Positions 58,423 through 64,000 of a stretch of DNA of 64,000 bases are shown piece after piece (the first letter of the stretch is position 1; the number at the start of each line of letters is the position of its first letter). This DNA is from Bugula neritina. Its lineage: Eukaryota; Animalia; Bryozoa. The DNA lies in assembly GCA_964035545.1 (NCBI GenBank), contig OZ037765.1, positions 19,902,995 to 19,966,994 on the forward strand, written 5' to 3'. The translations under genes were made by a program, and so were the position numbers. Below the pieces are notes generated by a model. It was not told the origin of the DNA, did not search any database, and worked only from the letters and a program-made list of their open reading frames with translations.

Positions 58423-61400
58423 GGAACAAGTTCTTCTCCGATAAAAGTTCATTGAGTGTGGGAAAAAACACCATGTTTTTGATAGACGCCACCACTTTAG
58501 TGTAACTTTAAAAACATTGCTGCTGCTATGACAAGCAATGATATGATGATTGCACTCCTGCATTTTTAGGTTCAGAATACTTAGTGTAGCAAATATATTT
58601 ACTAGGTATGTAGTAGATACAGTTCATAGAGATTGACTTGCATGGCTGCTAAAAGTTGGCCTGTTGGTTTTTGCATATTTTTGACCTCCATTCGAAATAG
58701 AACAGAGAACAGTCAGGGTAGAGTAATTGATAAACACATTCATGTAGAAGTAAACTGAGATTGCAGAATATATGGTTTGGTTAAATAGATGAACTAAGAT
58801 GAAGATTTATAGATATACATATACATGTAACTTGCAAGAGCTCAAAAACCGTCAACAAATTGCGTAAATTTTTCAAAATCCAAATTCCCCCCCTAAAATG
58901 TCCAAATTCTCCCTAGGGGGGAATTCCCCCCAGATTGGGAACCACTGCTTTACATGCTATGAGAAATTTACTGCAGATATATTATGAATATTCATATTCA
59001 TATTATGAATACTTCATTTCATAACCCTGGTGTGTGTAAAGTGCATCAAACCACCTAATACTAGTAGCAGACAATTCAAACAGCTGCCTAATCTAAAGCA
59101 TTATAAACAAAAATTAGACACTGTTTCAGCTACTCACATATAATTATTAATTTTTCACAACTTTGATTTTTATAAACACAGCTTGAGCTAGAACCTGATA
59201 ACAACAAATTTTTATACTAGAAAACAGACGTAATAAATAGTCTTGATGCAGGAAGGTAGAAATGTATGACTTATATATATATATAATTGTGTTGCATGGT
59301 TAATTGTTTTATGTCAATAGATTTATATTGTAATGAAATGTGCCAACCAAATGGGTGCTAAATAAGGTGATGCTGTGAATTGATGTATAAAGTAACCCAC
59401 ACAGTCAATGTTCTATAATATTTATTGTGTTTATATGATGAAGTTCATACTTTTGTCACCATTGACAATTTGTCGAAATATTACCATAGCTTTTGTGCTG
59501 AAGTTGCTTTAGATTGCTGAATACAAGAGAGTTATAGGAATGCAGATCAAAATTTGAAATATAAGGTAATAATTCACAATCTTACATTTATACTAGTTTT
59601 AGAATTAGCTTCCACTTCTTTGCAGCTTTCATAAAGTAGTAATTAATGAATGTTTATAGTGAAGTGAATATCACTGATATACTGCAAGTAATTAGAGACT
59701 ATAGGCCATATTTATAAATGGGAACAAAAATATTAGAATATATGGAATGATAGTATATAATCAAGAAAATACATGTTGACATACGATGAAGACAGTCAAC
59801 ACTGGAATGAATGTTGGCTGTCAAGTTAATGTTAGTAAGATACTGCAATAGAAGACACAAGTTGTTAATATACTGTATGTGTTCCAGTATATATTATATT
59901 ATATTATATTATATTATAATATTATAGTAAGCCATGACAGTTATTTTTGAATTTTGTTGTCAAATAAAAAGTATCATGCTTGATCAGTTACAATATAATT
60001 AATTTGTTATAATGTATATTGTCACTTGTTAATATCTAGCTTATTAATTGAGTGTTGAAAATATATATTTCTTGGACATCTTTCAATATTAACAGCAATA
60101 CTCATGCTAGGATAGTTCAACAGTGAGAAATAAGTCCAAATGTTGCAATACAACATTAACATAATAGTTAAGTTCACAGAGATATCTTGATTTGTGCCTG
60201 TGGGAACATAACATTAGTATAATTATTACAATTTTAGTATTGTAAGGGAAAGCAACTCCGCTATATCATAGCCCAATTTATACTCTCCAACAAATAATAT
60301 AATCCGGCAATAAACAGCATTGCGATTAAACTATTTCAAAACTGAACATTGAGATAATATATTACAGTTTATCACTATAAGAGAGAATAACTCCAATTTC
60401 GTGTAGCTTTATTTTTGCTATCCAACAAATATATTATACAAGCAGACAATAAACAGCATCAGTATTATTTCACAGCAAAGCAAAGTAAATGATATAGTAA
60501 ATAGAAGAAAACCTTACAAATTAAACTCTCATTATCATGTGAGTTCTGTAATGATATAGAAAAGTTATTTGCTTTATTCATGTTATCATGTGTCCAGTAA
60601 GTTGCTAGAAATTAGGATTTTCTTAACAATATAATAGAGCGATAAGTTAACACCTTTTTACAAATTAACTATAAATTGTGCACCACGTATAAAGTTTTCA
60701 GTAGAAACTGCTGTATCAAAAGCGGAATAGCTTGGGTTGAAAACGTTGTCCTACCTTGTCGCTTGTAAGGTTTTATGTGAAGTTTGTACTCCTAATTTTG
60801 ATCACCACGTTTATAGAATAATACACCAAGTCATGTTTATGTGCAAAATTTAGAATGGATATGTGTGATATATGCTATAAATACCTATGTTGTACTGTAG
60901 TAGATAGATAATGCTATGTTTCTCTAAACCTCTGCTATGACTGGCATAATGGACTTAGTAAATAGGGAAGATAATCCCTCTGTGTCAACCACTGTTTACA
61001 GTGGAATTGTTATTAGTTACAGAATTGATCACACAACGAAAAGGTGTCTGTTGGTTACTTGCATCGAAGAGCATTTTTGCTAATTGGAGGAGTTAATCTC
61101 AGAACAATCTCAGCGTTGATCACTGTCAGCTTGTATGGAGAGAAAAATTAAGTGATGATAGAACATAGAATTAGAGTTATTCTCCCTGACACTGACTACC
61201 TCAATTACCAACGTGGCATTAGAATAAGTTTTATATTTTTGTGAACTCAAGTATTGCTATGAACAGGAGGGTTTTTTTTAAAATTTCAAATGGGTTATTA
61301 TTTCACTGCTTTTACCCTAATTACAAACACTATAATACAATAAACAAAGCAGATTACTATTAATCAGGGTTAAAAAGCCTATATTTGGAACACTCAACTA

Positions 61401-61968
61401 ATAAACCAAATGCTAGCTAGCAAAATACACTATACAAACAAATCTTGAATAAATTTATGCACAGATAATAAAATACTACAACAAATTTCAGAAAACTTAT
61501 ATAAGGTGATTGTATTCTTCTGAACGTTAAATAACGCAGCATACTCTAATATTTCTCTCTGACTAGATACATTATCTCAATGGTATTCACTTCACTATCA
61601 ACATTCATTACTGTGTTGACTGTCCATCATGTACTACATCTACCGTGTGTTGATCTCATCTTGCTTGGAGTTTTCATACCAAACACCTTTTTCATAAAGC
61701 TCAAGCCATTCTTAGTATCTGAGAAGGCTTTCTAGCAGCCTGTAAGTTTAAAATATAAACATGTTTAAAAGAGATGTTTTATCATGAAATTTTTTTTGAT
61801 ATGATACAAAACCATCATTCTGTGCCAAGTAATAATATATTATACATTAAATTATATTTATTTTATTACTTTCAACTGTTGATTGGAGAACTATAGTCAT
61901 AATATGTACATGATTTGTCGTAAATATATTTCCTAAAACTCTTTTTCAAGAAATAATGAACTATTTAC

Positions 61969-62402
61969 CTGTGTTAATATAACTGCCAGCAACTTGGTGA
62001 GCTGTGACTTTGATATGATTGAGTCATTGTATAATTTCTGTATGACATTCAACTCCTGCTCCATCTCTATTCTTTCATCCTGTTGTAAATTACCAGAATA
62101 TTTTATGAGTTTTAATATCAAGTTGAAAATAAAATCAGTATTATAATTTATAGTTCAAACTAGTAGGAAGCTCTATTTCTAAAAGCAAAAAAAATTCAAA
62201 TTTAACAATAAGGTATTATTTAGACATGACGTAGTGATAAACACAACATTTTACTCACTGCTGACTTATTTTGTAAAACTCTCTTAATCCACATTCTCTC
62301 TCCTTTACCAAACACAGTAAATGAGTACACAGTAGTTGAAGTGATAGACATGATGAGTGATAATATTAGTTTAGTAAATCTCTGCTCAATAAACTCTCTT
62401 GG
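61969..62402 (-). CDS. Two exons of an unidentified gene, copy 2 of a local duplication
   Basis: Exons 62402-62259 and 62079-61969 (DERIEMEQELNVIQKLYNDSIISKSQLTKLLAVILTQ|gtaaat). Further candidate upstream exons at about 62936-62831 and 63085-63061. Confidence 0.45.
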
Positions 62403-64000
62403 CTGATGCAAATCAAGTTTGTGACTTTGTGTTGTCAGAGCTATGTTTTTGATTGTTGAGTGTAAGGAAGTTAACAATGCATTTAAAGTTAAATTTAAAG
62501 TATCTTATTATAATTTTATAACCACATTAACTTTCTCTACTCAAACAAAAACATTTAAAAAGCAATATAACCGTTTCAACATCTCAGCAGCAGTTCATGC
62601 AAAAAATATACAGATAGGATAAGTTTATAATAACAAAATTTTGGAGCCAAATTTTAAGCAAAATTATATATTTATGGCCATCACATAGATAATTTTGAGC
62701 GATATATATTCTATACAAGCTTTTTTATTTGACATGAAGCATGTTTAATGCTAATACATAATATTCTATTGCAGGGTGCTTTAGAAACAGCTTGCAAAAA
62801 TACAAGTTTGAAATTAAAGAGATAACTTACATTTTGTAAATGCAGTTTCTATTAATTGTAGCAGGCAAGGTTTTGTTCTTAAAGCTTTTAAGGACAAATT
62901 GAAAATCTTCAGCAAAGTCACTGCGTACAGAGCTGCTATAATTAATTTTGATATCCAACAGCATATATTGAAAATAATCAGTTCAATATGTTAAAATATG
63001 GTAGTTGCTGAGCAAATCTTTCTTTCATAATTATTTATTATTTTTACAATTATTGCTTACCTGTTGATGATCTCAGCATGTTTTACTAAAAAATGCATAC
63101 AAAAGTAATACAATGTACAATTTCAAGAATAAAAAAGATTTTAAGTTGGAAGCAGCAGAACGGTTAGTCAACTCCTAGAAAGTGTTTTAAATTGTTCAGC
63201 TTTAAAACTGTATTAATATTGCAATCCATTGCCGCCAGAACACCGCTACCCAAACAGTTATCAACGTGCTACTTTAGGACTGCTAGGAGAGCATGCAGAA
63301 TTGAGATCACATTATATAGTAATCGGAATCTGCATTAGCCAATAATAGGTTGGGGCTGTTTTCTTCCGTTCATTTGCAGAACAAAGAAAACAATTTGTAA
63401 AATTTAGTTGAGTAAGAAAGCTCTAAATTTTAGCAGCAATCGATGACGATTTGTCAAAACGAACACTTGGATTTCATTCTTAAAACATTATAACTGGTGC
63501 AGCAGTTATAATTTTTCAAGAGTAAAATTTTTGATGAATTGGTATTGGACTAATATATCAGTAGAGGTGCAAGGAAGAATACTTGTGATTATGCAAGAAG
63601 CCTGATTGTGAAGCATTAGCTTAAAATTAAAGGTTCATGCAAATCTTTGCGAGTTGAATTGATTGAAAAATATTCAAAGCATCTGTAGTCTATTGCAAAT
63701 TATCACTAATGCTTTCAAAATTATTCATTGAATAATATAATAATACTTGAAGACCACTCTCATGAAATTAATCTACAGTACCTATATTGGAAATTTGACA
63801 AAAAAAACCTCATTAACATTTGGTCTTAACTCACCACCCTATATCACAACACGGGTTTATTAATTTTGGTCTGCAACAAAACTGAGAGAAAAAAAACTGC
63901 AGTCTTCAACTATGTTTTCGTGTGTGAGCGCATTGACCAGTATGGCTTCATAACTTGCAACTTAACAATCACACAAATACTTGTGGAATTTTAGTAATGG

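Larger units (their letters stand above)
57184..58947 (-). mobile_element. Decayed hAT (Charlie/Buster-like) DNA transposon
   Basis: TIRs CAGTGGTTCCCAACCT / AGATTGGGAACCACTG; perfect 8-bp TSD CTTTACAT; minus-strand remnants of the transposase C-terminus (LQENLIELVHNSAMKGDLKSSPIDGLW; VLVPSSPTYPCEVGFS; RNCLNLQSDLR). Confidence 0.88.

Overview
AT-rich, intron-rich invertebrate (metazoan) genomic DNA; most short entries in the ORF track are spurious or single exons. By hand-splicing I can reconstruct five genes: (1) a 5-exon group III (bee-venom-type) secreted phospholipase A2 (+, 2824-12674); (2) a 3-coding-exon, 163-aa secreted precursor with neuropeptide hallmarks that I do not recognise (-, 16638-17503); (3) ZNF830/CCDC16 (-, 20368-28393), whose first coding intron is a U12-type AT-AC intron; (4) a 21-exon importin-13 (+, 31920-42516); (5) a quiver/sleepless-like GPI-anchored Ly6 protein (-, 43648-46082) missing one conserved Cys. 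A very young, intact Ty3/Gypsy LTR retrotransposon follows (-, 46774-54278), with 305-bp LTRs differing at one base, an ATAT TSD, a tRNA-Leu PBS and a -1 gag-pol frameshift signal. In the env position it carries a third, apparently spliced, non-env gene encoding a C2H2 zinc-finger/Arg-Ser-Pro-rich/coiled-coil protein. The right end holds a decayed hAT element with two nested MITEs and a tandemly duplicated unknown minus-strand gene segment. The best novelty candidates are the retrotransposon accessory gene and the amidated, pGlu-capped 4-Cys peptide precursor. All gene models are manual predictions with no database or RNA evidence.
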